From the NCBI GenBank assembly GCA_049840735.1, contig JASGJN010000026.1, forward strand, positions 520,961 to 584,960: DNA of 64,000 bases, read 5' to 3'. Position numbers and translations under genes: made by a program. Source of the stretch: Anaeromyxobacter sp. (lineage in GTDB: Bacteria > Myxococcota > Myxococcia > Myxococcales > Anaeromyxobacteraceae). The first letter of the stretch is position 1. Each line of letters starts with the position of its first letter. This document shows positions 19,686-28,020 of the stretch, one piece after another. The notes under the pieces were generated by a model. It ran no database searches. It saw nothing but the letters and a program-made list of their open reading frames with translations, and had not been told where the DNA came from.

Positions 19686-21578
19686 TCAGGCCCGCGCCGC
19701 CGGGAGGTGGAGCGTGAAGGTGGTCCCCGCCCCGGGGCGGCTCTCCACCTCCACCCGCCCGCCGTGGTCCTCGGCGATGTGCTGGACCATGGGCAGCCCC
19801 AGGCCGGTGCCGCGCCCGGGCGCCTTGGTGCTGAAGAACGGCTCGAAGATGCGGGCCAGCACCTCGGGCGGCATGCCCGGGCCGGAGTCGCTCACCTCGA
19901 TGCGCACGCCGTCCCCGTCGCGCCGCGCGCGCAGGGCGACGGCGCCGCCCTCCGGCATCGCGTCGCGCGCGTTGATGAGCAGGTTCACCAGCGCCTGCTC
20001 CAGCTGCACCTCGCGCCCGTCCAGCGGCGGCAGGCCCGGCTCCACCTCGACCGTCAGCGTGACCTGCGGCCCCATCACGCGGCCCACCAGCGCGGCCACC
20101 TCGCGCACCAGCCGGTCCACCTCGAGCTGCTGGGAGGCCTGCCGCGGGGCGCCGCGGCTGTAGGTCAGCAGCGCCCGCATCATCTCGGCGCAGCGGCGGG
20201 CCGCGTGGCGCGCGACCCTCAGGTCGGGCGTGAAGGGGTGCTCCGGCCCCAGCGCCTCCAGCGTCGGATCGAGCTGGCCCAGCACGATGGTGAGCTGGTT
20301 GTTCACGTCGTGGGCGAGGCCGCTGGCCAGCGTGGCCACCGTCTCGCGCCGCTGGCTGTGGTGGAGCTGCTCGCGCAGGGTCGAGTGCTCGTGGGCGGCC
20401 CGGCCGGCCCGCTGCAGCGCCTCCGCCAGCGCCACCGTGGGCGGGGCGGGGGTGGGCTGGCCGGCCGGGGCGGCGGGCCGGCCAGGGGCCTCGGCCAGCT
20501 CGTCGAGCGGGCGGCCGAAGCGGCGGGCGATGGAGCGGGCGCGCAGCATCAGCACCACGAAGCCGAGGATGGCCAGGGCCAGCACGCCCAGCGCGCGCCG
20601 GCGGCTCACGCCCATGATCTCCGGCTCGGGGATGGCCACCACCACGTACCAGGTCAGCCCGGCCGGCCCGCGGTAGGGCCTGACCAGGCCGTAGTGGGCC
20701 ACGCCCTCCGCGTCGCGGGTCACCAGCTGCCGGCCCTCGGGCGGCAGCGCCAGGAGCCCGTCGGCCAGCGGCGCCAGCTCGGGGCCCAGCCGCGCCACCG
20801 GCCCCAGGAACTGCGCCAGCCGGGCCTCGCGCGACTCGAAGGCGGCGCGGTGGGGGAGGACCAGCGAGCGGCCCTGGGGATCGGCCAGGACGATCTCGGT
20901 GCCGGGCGTGGGGGCGATGGCCCAGAGCCGGCCGGTGAGGTCGTCGAGCATCACGTCCAGCGCAATCACCCCCTCCAGCGCGCCGGCGCGGCGGATGGGG
21001 AAGGAGAGCGTGATGCCCGGGTCCTGCGTGGTCATGAACTGGTAGGCCTCGGGCGACCAGCGCGGCGCGTCCGCGTCCCCCACGCGCGTGTACCAGTCGC
21101 GCTGGCGCGGATCGTAGCCGGTCGCGTCCCAGGGCTCGATGCGCGTCACGCCGGCGTGGCGGCGGGTCCAGCGCAGCTCCGCCTCCCCGGCGCCGCGGCG
21201 GCGCAGCGCTCGCGAGTGCCAGCCGCCGGGCTGGCGCAGCTCCAGCACCGAGGTGCCGTCGGCGCTGCACAGGTTCACCGACGAGACGAACGTCTGCGCT
21301 TCGAGCAGGGGGAGCGAGAGCGCGTCCACGCGCTCGGGATCGTCCAGCCGGAGGGTACCGTCGAGCCACCACCCCGCCAGCGTCGTGCCCACCCGGCTGG
21401 CCGAGGCCAGCTCGCCGTCCAGTGCCTGCGCCGCGCGCTCCGAGGCGTCCGCGGCGCGGGCCCAGGCCTGCGCGTCCAGCGCCCGCACCACCCCCCACCA
21501 GCCCAGCCCCAGCACCGCGGCCAGCAGCAGTCCGGTGAGCGTGAGGATCTCCCGGTAGAGGTAGCCGCTGATCCGCAT
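19686..21578 (-). CDS. Cache-domain sensor histidine kinase
   Basis: YDPRQRDWY Cache motif, AHDVNNQL, NLLINARDAM, GTGLGL. Confidence 0.9.
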   Translation of the reverse strand: MRISGYLYREILTLTGLLLAAVLGLGWWGVVRALDAQAWARAADASERAAQALDGELASASRVGTTLAGWWLDGTLRLDDPERVDALSLPLLEAQTFVSSVNLCSADGTSVLELRQPGGWHSRALRRRGAGEAELRWTRRHAGVTRIEPWDATGYDPRQRDWYTRVGDADAPRWSPEAYQFMTTQDPGITLSFPIRRAGALEGVIALDVMLDDLTGRLWAIAPTPGTEIVLADPQGRSLVLPHRAAFESREARLAQFLGPVARLGPELAPLADGLLALPPEGRQLVTRDAEGVAHYGLVRPYRGPAGLTWYVVVAIPEPEIMGVSRRRALGVLALAILGFVVLMLRARSIARRFGRPLDELAEAPGRPAAPAGQPTPAPPTVALAEALQRAGRAAHEHSTLREQLHHSQRRETVATLASGLAHDVNNQLTIVLGQLDPTLEALGPEHPFTPDLRVARHAARRCAEMMRALLTYSRGAPRQASQQLEVDRLVREVAALVGRVMGPQVTLTVEVEPGLPPLDGREVQLEQALVNLLINARDAMPEGGAVALRARRDGDGVRIEVSDSGPGMPPEVLARIFEPFFSTKAPGRGTGLGLPMVQHIAEDHGGRVEVESRPGAGTTFTLHLPAARA

Positions 21579-21802
21579 GGACGGGGCACTTTAACCTACC
21601 GATGGTGAAGGACCAGTCGGGGTCACGGTGGGTGGATGACCCACCCGACCGTCGGTACGACCGCCGACGGGTGAAGGCGAGCGGGTGAGCCCGGCCGTCG
21701 CAGCGCCCAGCCCTGCGCCGCGGTAGAGTCCGGGCGTCCGATCGAGGAGGAAGCGCCCTGGCCCCTGCTCCCCTGCCTGCCGCCCAGCCCCCTGGCTTCC
21801 CG

Positions 21803-22414
21803 GTGCCCGGCACCCCGTCGCTCCTGCAGCGCGCCTGCGCCGGGGCGCTGCGCCTGCTCGGCTGGAAGTGGCGCGTGGACTGGCCGCAGGTGCCGCGCTG
21901 CGTGGTGATCGTCTACCCGCACACGTCCAACTGGGACTTCGCCATCGGCTACCTGGTGAAGGCGGCCTCCGGCGTCCCCATCCAGTTCATCGGCAAGCAC
22001 ACCCTCTTCCGCTGGCCGCTGGGGCCGGTGCTGCGCTGGATGGGAGGCATCCCGGTGGACCGGAGCGCGCCGTCCGGCTTCATCCCGGCCATGCAGGCGG
22101 AGCTGCTGCGCCGCCCGTGGGCCTGGGTGGTGCTGGCGCCGGAGGGGACGCGCTCGCGGCTCGATCACTGGAAGTCCGGGTTCCACCGGCTGGCGGTGGG
22201 GGCGGGCGTGCCGCTGGGGCTGGCCTTCATCGACTGGAAGGAGAAGGAGGTCGGGCTCACCGCCTACGTGGACCTGAGCGGCGACCCGGAGCGCGACCTG
22301 GAGGTGCTGCGCGCCTTCTACGCCGGGAAGGCCGGCAGGCGGCCCGAGCTGGCCAGCGACATCCGCTTCCGCGCCGCCCCGCGGGTGGACGGGCGCCCGC
22401 CGACGCGGGGCTGA
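21803..22414 (+). CDS. PlsC-like acyltransferase
   Basis: PHTSNWD and APEGTR motifs. Confidence 0.88.
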   Translation: MPGTPSLLQRACAGALRLLGWKWRVDWPQVPRCVVIVYPHTSNWDFAIGYLVKAASGVPIQFIGKHTLFRWPLGPVLRWMGGIPVDRSAPSGFIPAMQAELLRRPWAWVVLAPEGTRSRLDHWKSGFHRLAVGAGVPLGLAFIDWKEKEVGLTAYVDLSGDPERDLEVLRAFYAGKAGRRPELASDIRFRAAPRVDGRPPTRG

Positions 22415-22496
22415 CGGGCGCCGAGGGCACGCACAGCAGCCGGGCGGACGGGCACTGGCGGCGGCGGGGACGCACCGTTGGCTCGCGACCCGCGCC

Positions 22497-22937
22497 ATGC
22501 CCGACACCGAGCCCCTGAACGATCCCCTGGCCGACTTCCTCCGCGCCCGCCGCGACGAGGTGGTGGAGCGCTGGGCCCGCCGCGTGCGCGCGCTCCCCTC
22601 GGCGCGGCTCCTGCCCGAGCCGGCGCTGCGCGATCACGTGCCGCACATCCTGGAGCGGATCGAGGCCTACCTGGCGGCGCAGGTCGGGCGCGACGAGGTG
22701 GCGGCGCGGGCGGAGCCGCACGGGCAGGACCGGGCCAGCCAGGGGTACGACCTGGAGGAGCTGATCCTGGAGATCGGCGTGCTGCGCGACGTGGTGCTGG
22801 AGGTGCGCGCCGAGGCCGGCGCCCTCACCGGCGAGGACGCGGTGCGGATGGTGCGGGCCTTCGACCCGGTGGTCGCGTCGGTGGTGCAGGAGTGGTCGCG
22901 CGCCGGCGGGGAGCTGGGGGAGGGCGTGGCGCCGTGA
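22497..22937 (+). CDS. RsbRD N-terminal-like domain protein
   Basis: RDEVVERW...LRDHVP...HGQDRASQGYDLEELILE. Confidence 0.7.
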   Translation: MPDTEPLNDPLADFLRARRDEVVERWARRVRALPSARLLPEPALRDHVPHILERIEAYLAAQVGRDEVAARAEPHGQDRASQGYDLEELILEIGVLRDVVLEVRAEAGALTGEDAVRMVRAFDPVVASVVQEWSRAGGELGEGVAP

Positions 22938-23157
22938 GCGCCGGGCCGGAGGCCGGCGGCGGGCCGGTCCGCGAGGTGGGCGGGCCGCCCAAGCCGGCGC
23001 CGCCGCGCCGCGCCGTAAGCGTATGCTGACCATGAACGCCCGTCCGCGGCGCGATGGCGCTGCGGCCGTGACAGAATCCGAGACACGCGCTCCTTACCTC
23101 CGCGGCGACACCGAGATCCGCCAGCGGCGCCCGCGCGGCGCCGGAGAGGGAGCCGAC

Positions 23158-24037
23158 ATGCCGCTGCTTTACCCCGAGCTGTTCCGGAACCTGGAGCGCG
23201 CCCGCTGGAACATGGCGGACGACGTGCCCTGGGACGCGTTCGACGCCTCCCTGCTCACCGAGGAGCAGGCGCTCACCATCAAGCACAACGCCATCACCGA
23301 GTGGTCGGCGCTGCCCGCCACCGAGATGTTCCTGCGCGACAACCGCCACGACCACGACTTCTCGGCCTTCATGTCGGTCTGGTTCTACGAGGAGCAGAAG
23401 CACGCGCTGGTGCTGATGGAGTACCTGCGCCGCTTCCGCCCGGAGCTGGTGCCCACCGAGGAGGAGCTGGGGGCGGTCCGGTTCGAGTTCGACCCGGCGC
23501 CGGCGCTGGAGACCCTGATGCTCCACTTCTGCGGCGAGGTCCGGCTCACCCGCTGGTACAAGCGCGCCGCGGAGTGGCACACCGAGCCGGTCATCAAGCA
23601 CGTCTACGGCCTCATCGCCGAGGACGAGGCGCGCCACGGCGGCGCCTACCTGCGCTACATGCAGCGCGCGCTGGAGCGGACGCCGGAGGAGGCGCGCGGC
23701 GCCTTCTCCAAGGTGGGCGTGCTGATGGCCGCGAGCGGCCTCTCCGGCAAGCCGCTCCACCCCACCAACCTGCACGTCAACAAGCAGCTCTTCCCCAACG
23801 ACACGGTGCAGAGCCGCCTGCCGGATCCGGCCTGGCTGGAGCGCTGGCTGGACGAGCAGAATCCGCTTCGACCGCGGCTGCGAGGAGCGGGTGGTGCGGG
23901 CCATGCTGCGCAGCCTCTCGGCGCTCTTCGGCGAGACCTTCGAGACGGTGCGCGATCTGTCGCGCTACCGGCGGGCCAAGGCGCGGGGCGCGGCGGGCGG
24001 AGCGGACGAGGCGCCGGGGGGCGAGGCCCGCGCGTAG
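23158..24037 (+). CDS. Ferritin-like diiron protein (acyl-ACP desaturase-like), apparent +1 frameshift at ~23860
   Basis: EWSALP, EEQKH, DEARHG; continues IRFDRGCEERVV in a shifted frame to TAG 24035-24037. Confidence 0.82.
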
Positions 24038-24054
24038 GCGGTTCGTCCCGCTCC

Positions 24055-24104
24055 GCCCTTCGACTCCGCCGCGGCCTGGCCGCGGCTACGCTCAGGGCGA
24101 ACGG
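24055..24104 (-). repeat. GTAG REP-like repeat, left partner of the REP pair hit by the IS
   Basis: CCCTTCGACTCCG-CCGCGGCC t GGCCGCGG-CTACGCTCAGGGCGAACGG. Confidence 0.9.
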
Positions 24105-24139
24105 TGGTACCAGACCCGTTCGGCCTTCTATGAAGCGGC

Positions 24140-24436
24140 GTCCCCGGTCAAGGGCCGGTGATGTCGTTTGTCCTGAAGCCTGGGCGGCGCTGGTTGGCCA
24201 TCGGTCAGGGAGTCAGGCGAACGCGAGTTCCATCAGCCTTCTATTCGCGCTCAACAGGGGCGGCAGTGCCGCCGGCGCAGTGGGGGATTCGAGCAGGGGG
24301 CGCCATCTGAGCGACGGCCGTTCCTGGTGACCGGCCAAGGCCGAACTCGCGCTCACCCTGTCTCGAAACCCGCTTTCGCCTCACTCCCGGATCTCCGGCC
24401 CGGCGTCCGCCCGACTGGGTCCGATTTTTCGGTCGT
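24140..24436 (-). ncRNA. Predicted bridge/seek RNA of the IS1111-type element (structured core ~24219-24366; ends unknown)
   Basis: Internal loop with GUUCGGCCU and CGCUCAG matching the target halves; second hairpin loop with AUAGAAG and GAUGGAA matching the circle junction. Confidence 0.82.
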
Positions 24437-25468
24437 CTAGGCCATCGCGTTTCCCCTGCAGGTGCGGCTGCCGTCGAAGTCCTTCCCGTCCCTCATCATC
24501 GCGAACAGGATTCCGGAGAGTTTGCGCGCCAGCGCCACGACGGCGACTGCGCGTCCCCTCCGCCGGTGGATCTTCCCCGCCCATTCGCGCAGCGGCAGCG
24601 ACTCTGCGCTCTTGCTGCGCAAGACGCAGTGCGCGGCCTGGACGAGAAGCCAGCGCACCCTGGCGTTGCCGGTCTTGGTGATCCGCCCCTTGCGCTGTTT
24701 CTCGCCCGAGCTCAGCTCGCTAGGGACCAGGCCGCAGTAGGCGGACACCTGCTGGGCACTCTGGAAGCGCTTGGGATCATCGATGACGACGTCGTACGCA
24801 ATGGCCGTCACGACGCCCACGCCTGGCGCCGTCGTGAGCCTCCGTACCACTGCGCTGTCGCGGGCGATGGCCTCGAGGTCAGCGTCGGCCTTGGCGATCC
24901 GGGCGTTCAGCGTGTCGAACATCAGCAGCAACGGCTCGACCTCGTCGCGGACCTCGTCCGGCAGGGCCATCTCCAACACCACTCGCGCGAAGTGCTCGGC
25001 TTCGCAGCTCGGGGCCCGTAGCCCGTGGCTCCGCAAGGACGTCCGGGTCACCGTGATGAACCGCGACCTGGTGCGGACCAGCGTGTCTCTCACCGACAGG
25101 CGGACAGCGACCGTCCGCCGGGATTCCGACCTCCGGTGGGCCGCTCGGTAGGTCCCTGAACGGCAAGCCTCGGCCAGCGCTCGGGCATCTCGCCGATCGG
25201 TCTTTACCCGCCTCGTCCGCGTCCCGTACATCGGCGCGTAATTCGGGTCGGCCACGATCACTTCGTGCCCGAACGATTCGATGTGCCGCGCCACCCATTC
25301 GCTTTCCGTGGAGGCCTCCAGCAGGAGCTTGGCCCGCGGCCTGTTCGCGAGCACCTCGGCGAACCGGTCGGCCCGGGTGGGGATCCGCACCTCCAGAACC
25401 CCGCCCTCCGCGTTCAGGATGCAAAGCTGGCTGTCCTTCTTGTGCAGGTCGATGCCAATATGGTCCAC
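24437..25468 (-). CDS. IS110 family recombinase/transposase
   Basis: RuvC-like DEDD residues in GIDLHK, LLEAS, KTDRRDA; C-terminal GLVPSELSSG (catalytic Ser) and GRITKTGN. Confidence 0.96.
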   Translation of the reverse strand: MDHIGIDLHKKDSQLCILNAEGGVLEVRIPTRADRFAEVLANRPRAKLLLEASTESEWVARHIESFGHEVIVADPNYAPMYGTRTRRVKTDRRDARALAEACRSGTYRAAHRRSESRRTVAVRLSVRDTLVRTRSRFITVTRTSLRSHGLRAPSCEAEHFARVVLEMALPDEVRDEVEPLLLMFDTLNARIAKADADLEAIARDSAVVRRLTTAPGVGVVTAIAYDVVIDDPKRFQSAQQVSAYCGLVPSELSSGEKQRKGRITKTGNARVRWLLVQAAHCVLRSKSAESLPLREWAGKIHRRRGRAVAVVALARKLSGILFAMMRDGKDFDGSRTCRGNAMA

Positions 25469-25555
25469 GGCTGGTCTCCACTCTCTGCGGCTCTGACCGC
25501 GTTGTGGGGCATTCGTGCCACCACCCCGAGGTGGAGGCCAGCCGCTTCATTCCAT

Positions 25556-25596
25556 CTGAGCGTAGCGCCCGCAGCGCGGGCGCGGAGCCAAAGGCC
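25556..25596 (+). repeat. Right part of the interrupted REP (left part 24116-24126)
   Basis: CTGAGC-GTAG-CGCCCGC agc GCGGGCG-CGGAGCCAAAGGCC. Confidence 0.88.
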
Positions 25597-25601
25597 AGGC
25601 G

Positions 25602-26132
25602 TCACGCCCCCAGGAACCTCCGCGCCACCTCCTCCCAGGAGGCTACGCGGGAGTAGCGGGTCTCGCGCAGGTTCTTGGGGGCGCTGAAGAGGATGCCCTG
25701 CCCGCGGAAGCGGGCGAAGTGGTGCGGGCTGTCGTCGATCAGGTACTCGGCGGCCAGGATGCTCTTGTCCCCGCAGAAGACCACGTGGCTCCCCGGGTGG
25801 AAGGGCAGGTGGCGGCGCAGCCAGCCGAACTTGGCGCTGAAGGAGGCCGGGTACTCGGTGGCGGCGCTGGCCACGAAGACCTCGTAGCGCTCCGAGAGCC
25901 GCCGCACCACCTCCGCCGCGCCGGGCATGGGCGGCAGGTCGGCGAAGAACGCGCCCTCGTGCAGCATGGCCTCGTGCGCATCGCGGTGCTCGGGGCTCAC
26001 CAGCTGGTGCAGCTCGCGGCCGGCCTGCTCGGCCTCGCTCCAGGCGTAGCCGAACCGGTCGCGGTACCAGGCCACCTGGGCGGTGTGGGTGTCCACCAGC
26101 ACGTCGTCCATGTCGATGGCGATCCGCTCCAT
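25602..26132 (-). CDS. 5'(3')-deoxyribonucleotidase (HAD, NT5C family)
   Basis: IAIDMDDVL, KFGWL, FCGDKSI, LIDD. Confidence 0.88.
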   Translation of the reverse strand: MERIAIDMDDVLVDTHTAQVAWYRDRFGYAWSEAEQAGRELHQLVSPEHRDAHEAMLHEGAFFADLPPMPGAAEVVRRLSERYEVFVASAATEYPASFSAKFGWLRRHLPFHPGSHVVFCGDKSILAAEYLIDDSPHHFARFRGQGILFSAPKNLRETRYSRVASWEEVARRFLGA

Positions 26133-26226
26133 GGCAGGAGGCTACGGCAGCGCTGCCCGCCGCGCCCGCGAAAACTCGCGGCGTGGGAGCCCTGCTGTAA
26201 GCTGCGCGCCGCGAAAGGTGGCGAGC

Positions 26227-26745
26227 ATGCGCAAGGTGGCGGGGCGGAAGCCGGCGAAGCAGGCGAAGGCGGTCCGGAAGGCGGCGAGGCGGACGGGCGC
26301 GAAGAAGGCGCCCAGGGCCGTGAAGGCGGCGAAGCGCGTGAAGAACGCGGCGAAGCCGGCCCGCAAGCCCGTCCTCAAGGTCCGGCGGGCGGCGCCTGCG
26401 GGCGCCGCGAAGGCTCGCCCTGCTCCGCGGCGCGCCGCGCCGGCCCGCGGCGGCGCGGAGTCTGGGCTTCACTGGCAGTCGCGCAGCCCCCAGCACCGGG
26501 CCGCTGCCGCGCCCGGCGGCGAGTACGTGATGCTCTCCTTCGACCGCGTCACCTGGTCGGCCGAGTGGCGGCCCAAGGGCGGCCGCGTCGAGCGGCTCGC
26601 CTTCCGCGAGACCCAGGCCGGCGCCGAGGCCGCCTGCGAGCGGCACCGCACCGTGCAGCGGGCCGACGCGCTCCTCTCGGCGGCCGACGCCGGCGGGCTG
26701 GTGGGCAAGGCCATCACCGGCGAGGCGGTGGCGTGGCGGCGGTAG
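26227..26745 (+). CDS. Hypothetical protein with Lys/Arg/Ala-rich histone H1-like N-terminus
   Basis: MRKVAGRKPAKQAKAVRKAARR... followed by a small globular domain. Confidence 0.65.
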   Translation: MRKVAGRKPAKQAKAVRKAARRTGAKKAPRAVKAAKRVKNAAKPARKPVLKVRRAAPAGAAKARPAPRRAAPARGGAESGLHWQSRSPQHRAAAAPGGEYVMLSFDRVTWSAEWRPKGGRVERLAFRETQAGAEAACERHRTVQRADALLSAADAGGLVGKAITGEAVAWRR

Positions 26746-26780
26746 GCCGTCGCGGCGGCGACGTCTGCTCGCCTGGCCGG

Positions 26781-27257
26781 ATGAAGCAGCAGGAGATCCG
26801 CGTCCGCCCGGTCACCCCGGCCGACGCCGAGGCCGTGGTGGCGCTCTGGCGCCGCGTCTTCCCGGAGTACGCCGACCCCTCGCGCCCGCAGCGCGATCCG
26901 GTCGCCTCGGTCGCCCGCAAGCTGGCCTTCGGCGACGGGCTGTTCTGGCTGGCCGAGCGCGGCGGCGAGCTGCTCGGGACCGCGATGGCCGGCTACGACG
27001 GCCATCGCGGCTGGCTCTACTCGGTGGGCGTGGCGCCCGAGGCGCGCGGCGCCGGGCTGGGCCGGCGGCTGGTGGCCGAGGCCGAGCGGGCGCTGGCGGC
27101 GCTGGGCTGCCCCAAGGTGAACCTGCAGCTGCTGGAGGGGAACGAGGCCGGCAGGCGCTTCTGGGCCCGGCTCGGCTACGCCGAGGACCGGGTGGTCTCG
27201 CTGGGGAAGCGGCTGGGCGAGGCGAGCCCGTCCGGTCCGGACGGGACGAAAGGGTAA
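26781..27257 (+). CDS. GNAT acetyltransferase (YpeA-like)
   Basis: MAGYDGHRGWLY, RGAGLG, GCPKVNLQ. Confidence 0.9.
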   Translation: MKQQEIRVRPVTPADAEAVVALWRRVFPEYADPSRPQRDPVASVARKLAFGDGLFWLAERGGELLGTAMAGYDGHRGWLYSVGVAPEARGAGLGRRLVAEAERALAALGCPKVNLQLLEGNEAGRRFWARLGYAEDRVVSLGKRLGEASPSGPDGTKG

Positions 27258-27278
27258 TGTGAAAGGACGCGACCCCTA
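27227..27278 (+). repeat. Hairpin plus 37-bp direct repeat, copy 1 (27242-27278)
   Basis: CGGGACGAAAGGGTAATGTGAAAGGACGCGACCCCTA preceded by hairpin CCCGTCCGG-T-CCGGACGGG. Confidence 0.9.
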
Positions 27279-27833
27279 CTGCACGCGGTAGCGAAGGTGG
27301 ACGACCCCGTTGGCGAAGCGGTGCTCGTCGAGGAGCGCCAGGTCGATGCGCCCGTGGGCCGGCAGCGCCGGGTTGCGGCCGCCGAGGATGACGGGCCAGA
27401 CGATCAGCCGGCACTCGTCGACAAGTCCGGCCTGGAGCGCCTGGGCCGCGAGGTGCGGCCCTCCGACGAGCACGTCCCCGGGCGCAGTCGCCAGCAGGTC
27501 GCGCACGGCGCCCGCATCGAAGCGGCGCTCCAGCCGGGTCCTGGCCGTGGGCACCGCCGTCATGCTCGTGGAGTAGACCACCTTGTCCGCCGCTCGCCAG
27601 ACGCCCGCGAAGGCGCTCATGAGGTCCGACCGCGCCGCCAGCGAGGCGTCGGTCTCCCAAACGGCCATCGTCTCGTACATGCGCCGCCCGTAGAGGTAGG
27701 TGCCGGCCGACCGCATGAGGTCGGTCGTGAACGCGAAGACCGCCTCGTCAGGTGGCGCCCAGTCGAAGGCGCCGGTGGCATCCTCGGTGTAGCCGTCGAG
27801 TGACATGTTCGACGCGTAGATCAGCTTGGCCAT
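27276..27833 (-). CDS. Dihydrofolate reductase family (RibD C-terminal-like) protein
   Basis: SLDGY, LYGRRMYETM, GLVDE, PVILGG. Confidence 0.9.
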   Translation of the reverse strand: MAKLIYASNMSLDGYTEDATGAFDWAPPDEAVFAFTTDLMRSAGTYLYGRRMYETMAVWETDASLAARSDLMSAFAGVWRAADKVVYSTSMTAVPTARTRLERRFDAGAVRDLLATAPGDVLVGGPHLAAQALQAGLVDECRLIVWPVILGGRNPALPAHGRIDLALLDEHRFANGVVHLRYRVQ

Positions 27834-27957
27834 GGCTCCCTCAATCTTCCGGCTCCTGGCGAGCAGGTCAAGCGGATGGGAACGGGGCCGAGCCGGCGCT
27901 GCTGGCGCCGGCTCGGCCAAGGCGGGCGTCGGGCGGTTGGGGCCCAGGGCCGGCGGC

Positions 27958-28020
27958 CCCGACCGGGCCCAGACGGGCCCGGTCGGGACGAAAGGGTAAT
28001 GTGGAAGGACGCGACCCCTA
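27958..28020 (+). repeat. Hairpin plus 37-bp direct repeat, copy 2 (27984-28020)
   Basis: 36/37 identical to copy 1; preceded by CCCGACCGGGCCC-agac-GGGCCCGGTCGGG. Confidence 0.9.

Larger units (their letters stand above)
24127..25555 (-). mobile_element. IS110-family element, IS1111-type, inserted at a CT core within a REP
   Basis: Sub-terminal IRs ATGAAGCGGC (24130-24139) and GCCGCTTCAT (25541-25550). CT on both flanks (24125-24126, 25556-25557). Removing the element restores CCGTTCGGCCTGAGCGTAG. Long non-coding end downstream of the transposase. Confidence 0.93.

Noticed and set aside
24879..25550. Alternative ORFs overlapping the IS110 gene
   Set aside because: Off-frame, no motifs; the element is fully explained by one recombinase plus the non-coding end.
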